A stretch of DNA of 59,202 nt. Origin: an uncultured Chitinophagales bacterium (GTDB lineage Bacteria > Bacteroidota > Ignavibacteria > UBA10030 > UBA6906). This document shows positions 9,138 to 19,389 of this stretch, piece after piece; position 1 is the first letter of the stretch, and the number at the start of each line of letters is the position of its first letter. The position numbers were made by a program, and so were the translations under genes. The notes under the pieces were generated by a model. It was not told where the DNA came from. It did not search any database and was given only the letters and a program-made list of their open reading frames with translations. The DNA lies in assembly GCA_964444145.1 (NCBI GenBank), contig CAYUFU010000010.1:1-59202 (forward strand), given 5' to 3'.

Positions 9138-10574
9138 TCAGTGCATTGTTGAAATTTCTTGCCGGTACTGTTGCAGCAGTTCGTCTTTCACCCTCAAGAG
9201 ATACGCGAGCGCAGCGTCGTGCTCATTCGGAATGAGTCCATCCAGAATCGCTTCCTCTATTGCCTTCTTGAGTATGCCGACTTCCTTGCCTGGCTTCAGC
9301 CCGCAGACTGCCATGATCTCTTCACCCATCACCGGCGGACGCCAATTGCGCAAACGATCTTTTTCCTCCACTTCGACGACCTTCTGCATGACGACATCGT
9401 AGTTGCGCAGATATTTTTCGACAAGCCTGGGGTTTTTCGACGTGATATCCGCGCGGCAGAGCTTCATCAAATCATCAATGTCGTTGCCGGCTTCAAAGAC
9501 GAGCCGGCGCACCGCAGAATCCGTAACTTCTTCATCAACGAGAACCATCGGGCGAAGATGCAAGCGCACGAGTTTTTCGACATAGGGTAGATGCTCGAGC
9601 GGCAGCTTGAGCTTGCGAAAAATATTCTTCTGCATTCTTGCGCCAAGCTCTTCGTGTCCGTGAAACGTCCAGCCGGTTCCCTCGACGAATTTCTTTGTGC
9701 GTGGCTTTGCGATATCGTGCATCAGGGCAGCGAACCGAAGCCAGACATTGTCCGTTGTTTTTGCGATGTTGTCAACGACGATACACGTATGGAGAAACAC
9801 ATCTTTATGATGATGATCTTTTCGCTGATCAACCCCCGCCAGTTGCGCGACTTCGGGAAAGACGATGTGCAGCACGCCGGTATCGAACATGAGCCGCAAA
9901 CCGATCGAAGGCTTTTCTGTTTTCAAGATTTTGAAGAACTCATCTGTAATGCGCTCTTGCGAGATTATCGCCAGGCGATCTCTCATGTTTATGATTGCGT
10001 TGAGAGCGTTCTCTTCGATGTGAAAACCGAGCTGCGAGGCGAACCGAATTGCCCGCAACATCCTGAGTGGATCATCATCGAAGGTTTTCACCGGATCGAG
10101 CGGCGTGCGAAGAATACCGCGATTCAAATCCTGAATGCCGCCGAGCTCGTCGTGCAAGGCGCCGAATGTCGCTCGGTTGATACTGACCGCAAGCGCATTT
10201 ACCGTAAAATCGCGACGAAGCAAATCGTCACGCAGCGTCCCGACGGTGATAACTGGTTTACGCGAGGCGGGATCGTAGGTTTCTTTTCGCGCCCCGACGA
10301 ATTCCACCTTGCCGTCGTTGAGGGGGACCATCGCCGTGCCGAACCGCTCGAATGCAACGACAGTCTCAACCCCGAGTTTCGTTGCGAACCGCTTTGCGAA
10401 CTCCACTCCATCGCCGATGACAAGAATATCAATGTCCTTGTCCCCAAGTCCAAGCAAGTGGTCGCGCACCCATCCGCCGACGACGTAAGCCTCGGTGGTC
10501 AGATCATCCGCTAACGCCCCAAGAGCACGCAAAGTGGGATTCACGATATCTATTTTGGTTCCTGCTTCAATCAT
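9138..10574 (-). CDS. cca: CCA tRNA nucleotidyltransferase with HD domain
   Basis: VVGGWVRDHLLG..DKDIDI, RRDFTVNALA, DDPLRMLRAIRFA, HKDVFLHT, ALMHDIAKP. Confidence 0.9.
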   Translation of the reverse strand: MIEAGTKIDIVNPTLRALGALADDLTTEAYVVGGWVRDHLLGLGDKDIDILVIGDGVEFAKRFATKLGVETVVAFERFGTAMVPLNDGKVEFVGARKETYDPASRKPVITVGTLRDDLLRRDFTVNALAVSINRATFGALHDELGGIQDLNRGILRTPLDPVKTFDDDPLRMLRAIRFASQLGFHIEENALNAIINMRDRLAIISQERITDEFFKILKTEKPSIGLRLMFDTGVLHIVFPEVAQLAGVDQRKDHHHKDVFLHTCIVVDNIAKTTDNVWLRFAALMHDIAKPRTKKFVEGTGWTFHGHEELGARMQKNIFRKLKLPLEHLPYVEKLVRLHLRPMVLVDEEVTDSAVRRLVFEAGNDIDDLMKLCRADITSKNPRLVEKYLRNYDVVMQKVVEVEEKDRLRNWRPPVMGEEIMAVCGLKPGKEVGILKKAIEEAILDGLIPNEHDAALAYLLRVKDELLQQYRQEISTMH

Positions 10575-10619
10575 TCTCTAACTGGTTGCTGAAAAAGAGA
10601 GAATAAGCCACGAGCTTTA

Positions 10620-10728
10620 GAGCCTGTGTGAGAATCATGTAGAGCGACACTCGAGTGTCGCTCTCGCTCGCAAAATGAGCGATTCTGGAGAATCGCTCTA
10701 CATGTTGAGGTCGTTTTCATACAAGCTC
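10620..10728 (-). mobile_element. MITE-like repeat family A, copy 2 (109 bp), inserted in a terminator loop
   Basis: Reverse complement of copy 1 with 5 differences; flanks TTTA/TTCA sit inside ccacgagc...gctcgtgg. Confidence 0.8.
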
Positions 10729-10961
10729 TTCAGCTCGTGGGATCGGAAAAAAAGCTTGGAGTGGTTCTCACCATCGGCTTTGAAGCGATAGAGGGCGAAA
10801 GTCCAGTCTCCTCTTGTTAAGCTTATCAGATTTTCAGCTTCTTGCTAAAAAGTCGCTGAGAGGTTTAGCTTTCGCGTCTCTCTATATCAGTCTCACATGC
10901 AACTTTGCACGCCGGCACTTTCAACTCGGTAGATTCCATCACTCTATGAGGTTTACACACT

Positions 10962-11963
10962 CTACAAACGCAGCATCTGTTGTTCAATTTTCTCCATGAC
11001 AAGATGCGCGACTTTCAGCGCCCGTATCCCGTCTTCGCCGGTCACCGGCGGTGGCGTGTTCGTTCGTATGGATTTGACAAACAATTCCAACTCGTAGCGC
11101 AGCGCGTTCACGTCTTCGACTTTCGGCGTTTCGTAGGCGATGTTCCGTTTCACTTTGCCGGATTCGATTTGTCCCAACATCATCGTTCCCTTGTGCGGCG
11201 GTTCATCCTCTCCCACCAGGCGAAAGACCTCGGCGGATTTCTCGGCGAAATCAATGGCGATGTACGCGTCTTTTTGAAACATGCGCATCTTCCGCATTTT
11301 CTTCTGCGAGATGCGGCTTGCTGTTACGTTTGCCACGCAGCCGTTTTCGAACTGCAGTCGGGCGTTCGCGATATCAACGCTGTCCGACACGACTGCAACG
11401 CCGTTCGCTTCCACCTTCACAACGGGCGATTTCACGAAACTCAAAATGATATCAATGTCATGAATCATCAAGTCGAGAACCACGGCGACATCGGTGCCGC
11501 GCGGGTTGAACTGCGCGAGGCGATGCGACTCGACGAACATCGGGTTGATGTTGTACTTCTCGACGGCGAGCACGGCAGCGTTGAACCGCTCGATGTGCCC
11601 CACTTGAATCAGAAGGTTGTTGTGGCGTGCAATGCGAACAAGCTCGTCCGCTTCTTCAATGGTTTCCGTCATCGGCTTCTCGATGAAGACGTGCTTGCCG
11701 GCGAGGAGTGCCCTCTTCGCGACGGTGCAATGCGTCGAGGTGGTTGTTGCAATCGTGAGGGCATCAACGCATGGGAGCATATCGTCCAGGGAGGTGAACG
11801 CGACGGTTTGGAATTCTTGCGCGATCTCTCGCGTGCGCTGCATGTTGATATCGAACACACCGGCGAATTTCACCTGGGGAATGTCGGCAAGCATTTTCGC
11901 GTGCAGCGCGCCCAAGTGCCCGACGCCGACAACGCCGAGGTTCAGTTGGTCGCTCATGGTCAT
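10962..11963 (-). CDS. Gfo/Idh/MocA oxidoreductase (GnnA-like)
   Basis: GVVGVGHLG, HVFIEKP, QVGHIERFN, DVAVVLDLMIHDIDI; ATG at 11963 or 11957. Confidence 0.85.
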   Translation of the reverse strand: MTMSDQLNLGVVGVGHLGALHAKMLADIPQVKFAGVFDINMQRTREIAQEFQTVAFTSLDDMLPCVDALTIATTTSTHCTVAKRALLAGKHVFIEKPMTETIEEADELVRIARHNNLLIQVGHIERFNAAVLAVEKYNINPMFVESHRLAQFNPRGTDVAVVLDLMIHDIDIILSFVKSPVVKVEANGVAVVSDSVDIANARLQFENGCVANVTASRISQKKMRKMRMFQKDAYIAIDFAEKSAEVFRLVGEDEPPHKGTMMLGQIESGKVKRNIAYETPKVEDVNALRYELELFVKSIRTNTPPPVTGEDGIRALKVAHLVMEKIEQQMLRL

Positions 11964-12148
11964 TGTACCGACTTTCTTCCTGGAATCTGCGACGCGGGAT
12001 TTCGTCTGCACATCATACGACCGGTCGCGGCGCATGCCGCTTTCGAGTGCCACGCTCGCAGTTCGGGATGTGGCTTCGCTTCCAGTTCATTCGTTGCTGA
12101 GTGGACCGAATCTCTCCCTTCGATATTTTTCAGGATCCACTTCTGCAT
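11960..12148 (-). CDS. Possible small protein (62 aa) coupled to both neighbours
   Basis: TGATG overlap with the upstream stop and ATGA overlap with the downstream start; no recognisable homology. Confidence 0.3.
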   Translation of the reverse strand: MQKWILKNIEGRDSVHSATNELEAKPHPELRAWHSKAACAATGRMMCRRNPASQIPGRKSVQ

Positions 12149-13410
12149 CAATTTGATCCAACATCCGCTGAGCCGGAACTTCTTCCCTGACCCGCTCCGA
12201 CAATTCTATCGAATCCTCCAAAGCGCGGGTCGTTGTAATAGACAAACACAGTATAGACGTTTGTGGTGCGCACGTCGGTGCCTTCGATGGCGGTCCAGTC
12301 TTGCTGTTCGACGGTGTGCGTGGTTGCGTTCCATTTGCCGGTAATGTACTGATAATCATAGATCCCGCGCCGCAACAATTTTCGCACGACGTATGACCGT
12401 TCGGTCTCATCGTACACTAATTTATCTTCATCCGTTGGCTTCCAAAAGTTGAACGCTCCAACGACGAAAATCTCTCTGCCTCCTGCGGTTGCCAAACGGT
12501 AGTCTGTTTCCGTTAAATCGAGACGAAACAGGTATTCGAGGTAGTCGGAATTGAGACCCGTGAACTTATTCAATACCGCTTCACCAGCGCGGTCGCGTCC
12601 TGTGCGCCAAAACTGCCGTTTCAAGTCCGCACCTTCAACATTTTTCGCAGGCTGGAAGTTCGGATAACGCGCCGTGTTACTCAAGTCGAGCGTGCGATAC
12701 TCGTTTCCCGGCACGATGTTTCTGACGCTGAACAGTCGTTTGCCCGTGTTGAATCCATCCACTTTCGTATAGGGATCGCGATCCCATGCGTCAATACGAT
12801 ACGGATTGTAAATGCGCCGATTCTGATAGACATCTACGGTTGTAAAATACTGGCTTTCCTGCTCGCTCGGCAGCGTGATGTTCACAACGAGTTTGTGAAT
12901 CTGGTTGTACGGAAAACTATTCGCCGTCAGATAATCGTTCGTAACGACGACGCTCGGCGGTGTTGATGCCTCGGCGACAAAGAACCGACCTTCCGCGTAT
13001 GTCGTCGTCAAGTCGTTATCCATGATTCTGAAAATCCAATTTCCGGAATGTTCGAACCGCACGAACTCGCCGTCGGGGAAGCTGTTCACGTAGCGATAGT
13101 TGTATCCTCGCACACCGTTGGGGGATGTTTGGAATTGGAGCGTTGCGGAGGTGTTTCGATTCTCGTCGTTAACGAACAGATTCTTATCAATGACCCAATC
13201 GCGGTTGCAGTGATAGAACCTCGCCTTCAGCATTGGCGGATGCTCGGCAAGCACGTCGAACTGAATCGTGATTCTGCCGTTGATGATGAGAGGGAAGTTT
13301 GCTTCATCACTGCCGCCGTACACCGCAAGCCCGCGAATGACAATAGCATTGTGCGCGTGCGCAGTGAGCAGCAATACCATTACAAGTAAGCCTTGAGTCT
13401 TCATAGACAT
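12148..13410 (-). CDS. DUF5103-family protein (T9SS plug-like)
   Basis: IQFDVL...FYHCNRDW, LLRRGIYDYQY and NVYTVFVYY...GGFDRIVG resemble DUF5103; hydrophobic signal peptide after MSMK. Confidence 0.7.
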   Translation of the reverse strand: MSMKTQGLLVMVLLLTAHAHNAIVIRGLAVYGGSDEANFPLIINGRITIQFDVLAEHPPMLKARFYHCNRDWVIDKNLFVNDENRNTSATLQFQTSPNGVRGYNYRYVNSFPDGEFVRFEHSGNWIFRIMDNDLTTTYAEGRFFVAEASTPPSVVVTNDYLTANSFPYNQIHKLVVNITLPSEQESQYFTTVDVYQNRRIYNPYRIDAWDRDPYTKVDGFNTGKRLFSVRNIVPGNEYRTLDLSNTARYPNFQPAKNVEGADLKRQFWRTGRDRAGEAVLNKFTGLNSDYLEYLFRLDLTETDYRLATAGGREIFVVGAFNFWKPTDEDKLVYDETERSYVVRKLLRRGIYDYQYITGKWNATTHTVEQQDWTAIEGTDVRTTNVYTVFVYYNDPRFGGFDRIVGAGQGRSSGSADVGSN

Positions 13411-13457
13411 TCTCAGTACGGTGGTTGCCTTTGCAGTAGAGTATGCTCGCTCGTTGC

Positions 13458-14123
13458 TTAGTTCAAATGATGGTGAAACCATTCATGCAGTTGGCGCACG
13501 TCCTGAAAAACAAAATCGGTTTTTTCCGCAAGCACGCGTTCCTTGTCGTAGCAATCCCAGACCGCCGCGCCCATCTTGACCCCGGCGGCGCGCGACGCTT
13601 TCACATCAGACATCCCGTCGCCAATCATGATTGCCTGCGATGGCGAGAGCGAGAAGTGCGCTAGGATTCTTTGAATACCTTCAGGGTGCGGTTTATGGTT
13701 GATCACATCGTTGCCCGATACGACCAGATCGAAATATCGCGTGAGGTTGAACGCATCGAGCGTAATGGTTGCCGTTCTTCGACCCTTGCCGGTGAAAACA
13801 GCCAGGAGAACCTTCTTGGATTGTAAGAACTGGAGAACCTCTTCAACGCCATCGTGCAGGCGCGCCAGTGCCGCATGATTGCGGAGATAGAAATCGCATA
13901 ACTCATTGAGAGCTGTCTCAACATGACGCGCATCCAGCACTTTCTGCAAGCCGCCCTCCTCCGGTGGACCGAAAAGGGCGATGATTTCTTGCGGCGTGAA
14001 CGTTTTGCCTAAATACTTTTGCATCACGTGATTGAAGCTCGCGAAGATCAACTCATTCGTCTGGGTAAGCGTGCCATCCATATCGAAGATGACGCACGAG
14101 AACCCGTTTACTCTTGTGTTCAT
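13458..14123 (-). CDS. HAD-family hydrolase (phosphoglycolate phosphatase-like)
   Basis: IFDMDGTL motif I, FTGK, KPHPEG, IGDGMSD. Confidence 0.9.
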   Translation of the reverse strand: MNTRVNGFSCVIFDMDGTLTQTNELIFASFNHVMQKYLGKTFTPQEIIALFGPPEEGGLQKVLDARHVETALNELCDFYLRNHAALARLHDGVEEVLQFLQSKKVLLAVFTGKGRRTATITLDAFNLTRYFDLVVSGNDVINHKPHPEGIQRILAHFSLSPSQAIMIGDGMSDVKASRAAGVKMGAAVWDCYDKERVLAEKTDFVFQDVRQLHEWFHHHLN

Positions 14124-14210
14124 ATGCTTCAAAAAGATACACAGAATGGCTGCGAGTATCAACGAACGTTCCTTGCCTTTACCGCTGCAAGTTTCTACTT
14201 TGAAAGTGCT

Positions 14211-15383
14211 ATGCTTGATAAGCAAATCATCCTACGTCCGAACGAAGAAAAGCGCGTGCTGGGCGGGCACCCGTGGGTGTTTAGCAACGAAGTGAAGGAA
14301 ACAAGAGGCTTGCCACAAATCGGTGACGTTGTCGCGCTTGTTGCAGCAAACGGAAAGTTTCTCGGCATCGGGTTCTACAATCCGCACTCGCTGATTGCGT
14401 TCCGATTACTTTCGACGCGCAACGAAGAGATCAATGCGGCGTTCTTTCAGAAACGAATCTCGCAAGCGCTTGACCTCAGAAGAACACTCTATCCTCATAG
14501 CGAAACCTATCGTCTCGTGTACAGCGAAAGCGATTTTCTGCCCGGTCTTATCGTGGACAAGTTCAACGAGTATCTTTCCGTTCAGACGGTTTCGTATGGG
14601 ATGGACACGCGGCTCGCGATGATTTGCGATGTTCTGGAGAATCTGCTTCATCCCAAAGGGATTGTTGAGCGGAATGAATCGCACTTGAGAGAACTGGAGA
14701 AGCTTCCTCAGAAAAGAGGAGTCGTACGCGGTGCGCTTGCTCCGACAATCATCGAAGAAGCTGATGTTCAATATCGTGTTGACGTATTGGAAGGGCAGAA
14801 GACGGGATTTTTTCTCGACCAGCGCGAGAACAGAATTCTGACTCGCCGGTTTTGCGAGAACGCGGACGTGCTCGATTGTTTTTGCAACGATGGCGGCTTT
14901 GCACTGCACGCAGCGAAAGGGAACGCGAAGTCCGTTCTCGCGATAGATTCGTCTGCCGAGGCGATTGGTCGCGCCGAAGAGAATGCAAAGCTCAATACGC
15001 TCACGACCATTAGATTTGAGCGAGGTGATGTATTTGAAAAACTCAAATCCCTCGGCAGCGACGGACGACAATTCGATGTTGTGATTCTTGACCCGCCGTC
15101 GTTCACCAAAAGCAGGAAGAATGTCACAACCGCTAAGCAAGGCTACAAGGAGTTGCACGCACACGCGCTTCGTGTGCTCAAGAGGAATGGCTTGCTGCTG
15201 ACTGCTTCATGCTCCCATCACATCACCTCTGAAGTGTTCTTAGATATAGTAGATCAAACAGCGCGACGATATGGCAGGCGAGCGCAGCTTCTCGAGTGGC
15301 GGGGCGCAGCGCCCGATCATCCCGTGCTGCCGGCAATGCCAGAAACGCGCTACCTGAAATTTGGCGTGTTCCGGATTTTGTAA
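14211..15383 (+). CDS. RlmI-like class I SAM-dependent rRNA methyltransferase
   Basis: GHPWVFSNE PUA domain, SESDFLPGLIVD, GQKTGFFLDQRENR, VLDCFCNDGGF, VILDPPSF. Confidence 0.88.
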   Translation: MLDKQIILRPNEEKRVLGGHPWVFSNEVKETRGLPQIGDVVALVAANGKFLGIGFYNPHSLIAFRLLSTRNEEINAAFFQKRISQALDLRRTLYPHSETYRLVYSESDFLPGLIVDKFNEYLSVQTVSYGMDTRLAMICDVLENLLHPKGIVERNESHLRELEKLPQKRGVVRGALAPTIIEEADVQYRVDVLEGQKTGFFLDQRENRILTRRFCENADVLDCFCNDGGFALHAAKGNAKSVLAIDSSAEAIGRAEENAKLNTLTTIRFERGDVFEKLKSLGSDGRQFDVVILDPPSFTKSRKNVTTAKQGYKELHAHALRVLKRNGLLLTASCSHHITSEVFLDIVDQTARRYGRRAQLLEWRGAAPDHPVLPAMPETRYLKFGVFRIL

Positions 15384-15412
15384 TTGACTCTCAACTGCAA
15401 ACCCGCTATCTT
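15384..15412 (+). promoter_or_regulatory. Putative sigma70-type promoter
   Basis: TTGACT-N17-TATCTT about 40 nt before the ATG at 15452. Confidence 0.45.
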
Positions 15413-15451
15413 GACAATGAAATTCTCAAAAACTTTAACGAGGAGTGCGGT

Positions 15452-16213
15452 ATGAAATCAACGTGGGGCTTGAGCATTCTCGCCATCGCTACAATGATGG
15501 TTGTTCACTCTGCAGGTGTTGCAGGTGAGCGACCGCTCGCCATCTCATCCAATCGTCAAGCGCTATCGGATTCGACAATAGCCGTGAACAGCCGCGAACC
15601 GCTGCTCAACGCGTGGGGGCTGGACATTCTTGTTTCCAACGACGGTTTTGGGTTGGGAACATTCTATCGTCGCCAGTTTACCGAAGATCTTTCCGGCTTT
15701 GCGATGTTCTCCATTTCCGAGTCTAAAGAAGAACGTGAGTTCGAGTTCTTCGATCAATTTACATTTCAGAGCTTCACGCCGGGCAAGTTGCAGCGCTTCC
15801 TCGTAATGCCGCTCACTGTTGGTGTTCAGTATCGGTTATTTCGCGAAGACATTATGGACAACTTTCGCCCGTTCGTGAACGCCGGCGCGGGCCCGACACT
15901 GATTCTCTCAGCCCCTTTTGCAGATTTGTCTTACGATGCCAATGGAAGACTTATCCGCGTTACCCAAGTTGAGTTTTTCCGGAGCTTGGGACGCGGTCAA
16001 GCCCATTACACCGCCTCCGGGTTCATCGGTGTGGGCGCCAATTTTGGAAACGAGGCGTCGAATGTATTCGGCGTGAACTTCCGCTACTACTTTACGTACT
16101 TGTTCGGTGACGGATTGCCGTCCCTATACGAACCTGGACGAGGCAACGTTATTGCGCGGAAAAAAAGTTTCGGTGGGTTCTTCATTACGCTGAACGTGGG
16201 GATGGCGTACTGA
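15452..16213 (+). CDS. Hypothetical exported protein, probable outer-membrane beta-barrel
   Basis: Signal peptide, alternating aromatic/Gly strands, C-terminal FFITLNVGMAY; GAGGAG RBS. Confidence 0.65.
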   Translation: MKSTWGLSILAIATMMVVHSAGVAGERPLAISSNRQALSDSTIAVNSREPLLNAWGLDILVSNDGFGLGTFYRRQFTEDLSGFAMFSISESKEEREFEFFDQFTFQSFTPGKLQRFLVMPLTVGVQYRLFREDIMDNFRPFVNAGAGPTLILSAPFADLSYDANGRLIRVTQVEFFRSLGRGQAHYTASGFIGVGANFGNEASNVFGVNFRYYFTYLFGDGLPSLYEPGRGNVIARKKSFGGFFITLNVGMAY

Positions 16214-16223
16214 GTAGAAATAC

Positions 16224-16281
16224 GAAAGGCATCAGTTCTCCTAGGATCTCCCCTAAATCCATCAGAGTTCTAATGCCTTTC
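16224..16281. terminator. Long imperfect hairpin between convergent genes
   Basis: gaaaggcatcagttctc pairs with gagttctaatgcctttc at 14 of 17 positions. Confidence 0.4.
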
Positions 16282-16352
16282 ATTAACTGCTGCGGTAGTA
16301 AGATAATACACTCCCTTCCCTTTCGTTGTGATTTAAGTCACTCCAGTGGATT

Positions 16353-19202
16353 TTAGCGACCGATGTAGTTCTTCAAGAACCTCCCAGTATGTGATACGTG
16401 GTTTAGCGTAAGTTCTTCCGGTGTTCCCGCTGCGACAAGCGTTCCGCCTTCTTGTCCCGCTTCAGGTCCCAAATCAATAATGAAATCGGCGCACTTTATT
16501 ACGTCGAGATTGTGTTCGATGATAACGATGGAGTTGCCTGCGTCGATGAGAGCGGTAAAGCAGCGCAGGAGTTTCGAAATGTCGTCGAAGTGCAGCCCTG
16601 TCGTCGGTTCGTCGAAGAGAAAGAGCGTGTGTGTACCGCGCATGGGCGCACTTAAATGTGCTGCAAGTTTTATCCGTTGCGCTTCGCCGCCCGAGAGCGA
16701 CGTGGCGGATTGCCCCAAACGGATATACCCAAGCCCGACATCCTCCAACACTTTCAGGCGGTGTGCGACTTTCTTCCCGTTCGGATCTGCCGAAAAGAAT
16801 TGAATCCCCTCCGTCACCGTCATGCCGAGCACATCGGTGATGTTCTTGCCGCGAAAGAGTATCTCGAGCACTTCCTTTTTGTAGCGCGCGCCCTTGCAGG
16901 AGTCGCACTGTAAATACAAATCCGCGAGAAATTGCATTTCCACTTTCACCACGCCGTCGCCTTCACATGCTTCGCAGCGGCCGCCGGCAACATTGAACGA
17001 AAAGTGTCCAGGTCCGAACCCATGGACCTTCGCCGCCGGTGTTGCAGCGAACAAGTTTCTGATCTGATCGAAGGCTTGAATGTAGGTGACGGGATTGGAC
17101 CGCGGCGAGCGACCAATCGGTGATTGATCCACCATTTCGACGGCGCTGATGTGCTCGTGCCCCTTGATAGCAGTGAACACGCCCGTCGTCTCCACCGGCT
17201 CGCCTTTCAATTTCTTCAGTCCAGCATATAACACGTCGTGGACGAGCGTGCTCTTGCCGCTGCCGCTTACTCCCGTGATGCAGACAAGCATGTTGAGCGG
17301 AATGGTCACGTCAATATTTTTGAGATTGTTCTCGCGTGCGCCAACGATCGTGATTGCCGAGCCGTTTTGTGCTCTTCGTAGGCGGGGAACGGGGATTTCC
17401 ACTTTGCCGCTGAGGTATTTTCCGGTCAGCGATTTCGAGTCGCGAAGTATTTCGGAGGAGGGTCCGTTGAAGACGATTTCACCGCCAAACTCGCCCGCCT
17501 TCGGGCCCAAGTCCACGATGACGTCACTGGCGCGCATCATGTCCGAGTCGTGCTCGACAACGAGAACCGTGTTGCCGACATCGCGCAAGGCTTTGAGAAT
17601 CGTAATGAGGCGATCGTTGTCGCGTGGATGCAAGCCGATACTCGGCTCGTCGAGAACATACAGCGCGCCGACGAGTGACGAGCCAAGCGAGGTGGCGAGG
17701 TTGATGCGCTGTGATTCGCCGCCGGACAAGGTGTTCGAGAGCCGGTCGAGTGTCAGGTAGCCGATGCCTACCTCATCGAGATAACTCAACCGTTTTCTCA
17801 ATTCTTCAAGAATGCGTTTGGCGATTTCCTGCTCGTAGCGAGAGAGTGTGAGCGTGTTGAAAAACTCCTTTGCACTCGAGATGGTCATGCGAGCAACCTC
17901 GGCGATATTCTTGTTGCCGACTTTGACGTTGAGGGCTTCTCTGCGAAGGCGAGAACCGTTGCATGCAGGGCATGTCGTGTAGCCGCGGTAGCGGCTGAGC
18001 AAAACACGATAGTAGATTTTGTATGATTTTTTCTCCAACATCTTGAAGAAGCCGTTGATGCCATCGAATCCAGACACCTTCGGGGTGAAGCCGTTCATGA
18101 CGATGTCAAGCTCTTTGTCGGTCAGTTCGCTGAAGGGAACGTCAACACGGAGTCCTGCCGCGTTCGCAATCGCCAACAGTGCGCGGTAGTTTTCGCGAAA
18201 CTTTGCTGTCGAGAAGGGTTGAATAGCGTGTTCGCGTAGAGTCTTGCTCTTGTTCGGAACCACCAAGTTCATATCAATGCCGATGGCTTTTCCGAACCCT
18301 TGGCATTCGGGACATGCGCCGAACGGATTGTTGAAGGAGAATAAGCGCGGGTCTGGCTCTTCGTACTTGATGCCGCAGGTCGAGCACTCGAAGTGCTGAT
18401 TGAAGCGGAGTCGTTTTTCTCGGTCGAGCAGAACGATCTCGGCTGTGGCTCCGCTCGACGCAAAGGCGGTCTCGATGGAATCGGCAAGTCGCGAGTTCTC
18501 TTCGCCGACTTTGTAGACGAGGCGGTCAACAAGAACGCTGATCTCGGAAGGGGAGAGTGTCGTTGGGAGTGCACGCTCATTCACATCAACGATTTCGTGA
18601 GCAACAACGACGCGAAAAAATCCTTCCTTCTTCAGATTCGTCAGCGCAGTTTCGACCGACTCGTTTTCGTGAATGGGCAGGGGGAATGTCACGTAGAGTT
18701 TGAGGCTCGTGGCGGCGGTTTCATTCGCTTCTGTTGCGAGGGCTGTGAACACGTCGTGGACGGAATCGCGGACGACGAGCCTCCCGCATGTGCTGCAATA
18801 CGTTTTACCGACGCGGGCAAACAGCAGTCGAAGGTAATCGTAAACCTCCGTTGTTGTGCCGACGGTCGAGCGCGGGTTGCGCGTGTTGGTTTTCTGCTCG
18901 ATTGCCATCGCGGGGCTGATGCCTTGGATGAAATCCACGTCGGGTTTGTCCATACGCTCCAAGAACTGACGTGCGTATGATGAGAGGCTCTCCACATACC
19001 GACGTTGGCCCTCGGCATAGATCGTATCGAATGCGAGAGAGGATTTGCCGGATCCACTCACGCCGGTGAAGACGATGAGCTTGTTGCGCGGTAGTTCGAG
19101 GCTCACGTTCTTGAGGTTGTGGACGCGTGCGCCGCGAACGATGATCAGGTTTTTGTCGAGAGGTGGTGGAGTTGATGATGACTGTGATTTCTTCTTTGCC
19201 AT
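16353..19202 (-). CDS. uvrA: Excinuclease ABC subunit A
   Basis: GARVHNLKN, two GVSGSGKS Walker A motifs, LSGGESQRI and [19 protein letters not shown] and [10 protein letters not shown] zinc modules. Confidence 0.96.
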   Translation of the reverse strand: MAKKKSQSSSTPPPLDKNLIIVRGARVHNLKNVSLELPRNKLIVFTGVSGSGKSSLAFDTIYAEGQRRYVESLSSYARQFLERMDKPDVDFIQGISPAMAIEQKTNTRNPRSTVGTTTEVYDYLRLLFARVGKTYCSTCGRLVVRDSVHDVFTALATEANETAATSLKLYVTFPLPIHENESVETALTNLKKEGFFRVVVAHEIVDVNERALPTTLSPSEISVLVDRLVYKVGEENSRLADSIETAFASSGATAEIVLLDREKRLRFNQHFECSTCGIKYEEPDPRLFSFNNPFGACPECQGFGKAIGIDMNLVVPNKSKTLREHAIQPFSTAKFRENYRALLAIANAAGLRVDVPFSELTDKELDIVMNGFTPKVSGFDGINGFFKMLEKKSYKIYYRVLLSRYRGYTTCPACNGSRLRREALNVKVGNKNIAEVARMTISSAKEFFNTLTLSRYEQEIAKRILEELRKRLSYLDEVGIGYLTLDRLSNTLSGGESQRINLATSLGSSLVGALYVLDEPSIGLHPRDNDRLITILKALRDVGNTVLVVEHDSDMMRASDVIVDLGPKAGEFGGEIVFNGPSSEILRDSKSLTGKYLSGKVEIPVPRLRRAQNGSAITIVGARENNLKNIDVTIPLNMLVCITGVSGSGKSTLVHDVLYAGLKKLKGEPVETTGVFTAIKGHEHISAVEMVDQSPIGRSPRSNPVTYIQAFDQIRNLFAATPAAKVHGFGPGHFSFNVAGGRCEACEGDGVVKVEMQFLADLYLQCDSCKGARYKKEVLEILFRGKNITDVLGMTVTEGIQFFSADPNGKKVAHRLKVLEDVGLGYIRLGQSATSLSGGEAQRIKLAAHLSAPMRGTHTLFLFDEPTTGLHFDDISKLLRCFTALIDAGNSIVIIEHNLDVIKCADFIIDLGPEAGQEGGTLVAAGTPEELTLNHVSHTGRFLKNYIGR

Positions 19203-19389
19203 GGAGGAATTCAGAATTCGATGTCAATCAAACTAAATGAATCGGCACGGAAAATCAATTCTCCTTGGCTGGTGATGCGTTCTTAGGCCGGAGTGCAAGG
19301 GGGGAGAGGGAGGAGCGCTTTTGTGCAGGATTTCAGATGTAGCTTTTTCAGAAGGTGCGAAGGGAGGGGAAGGAGGGCGACCGCGTGTT

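Noticed and set aside
10741-10961. Riboswitch-like fragments (GACGCGAAAGC, CTCTCAG) upstream of cca
   Set aside because: The full c-di-GMP-I or glycine aptamer cores and pairings cannot be built
19351-19361. GAAGGTGCGAA resembling the IS5 terminus
   Set aside because: Single 11-mer with no partner inverted repeat or transposase; likely chance
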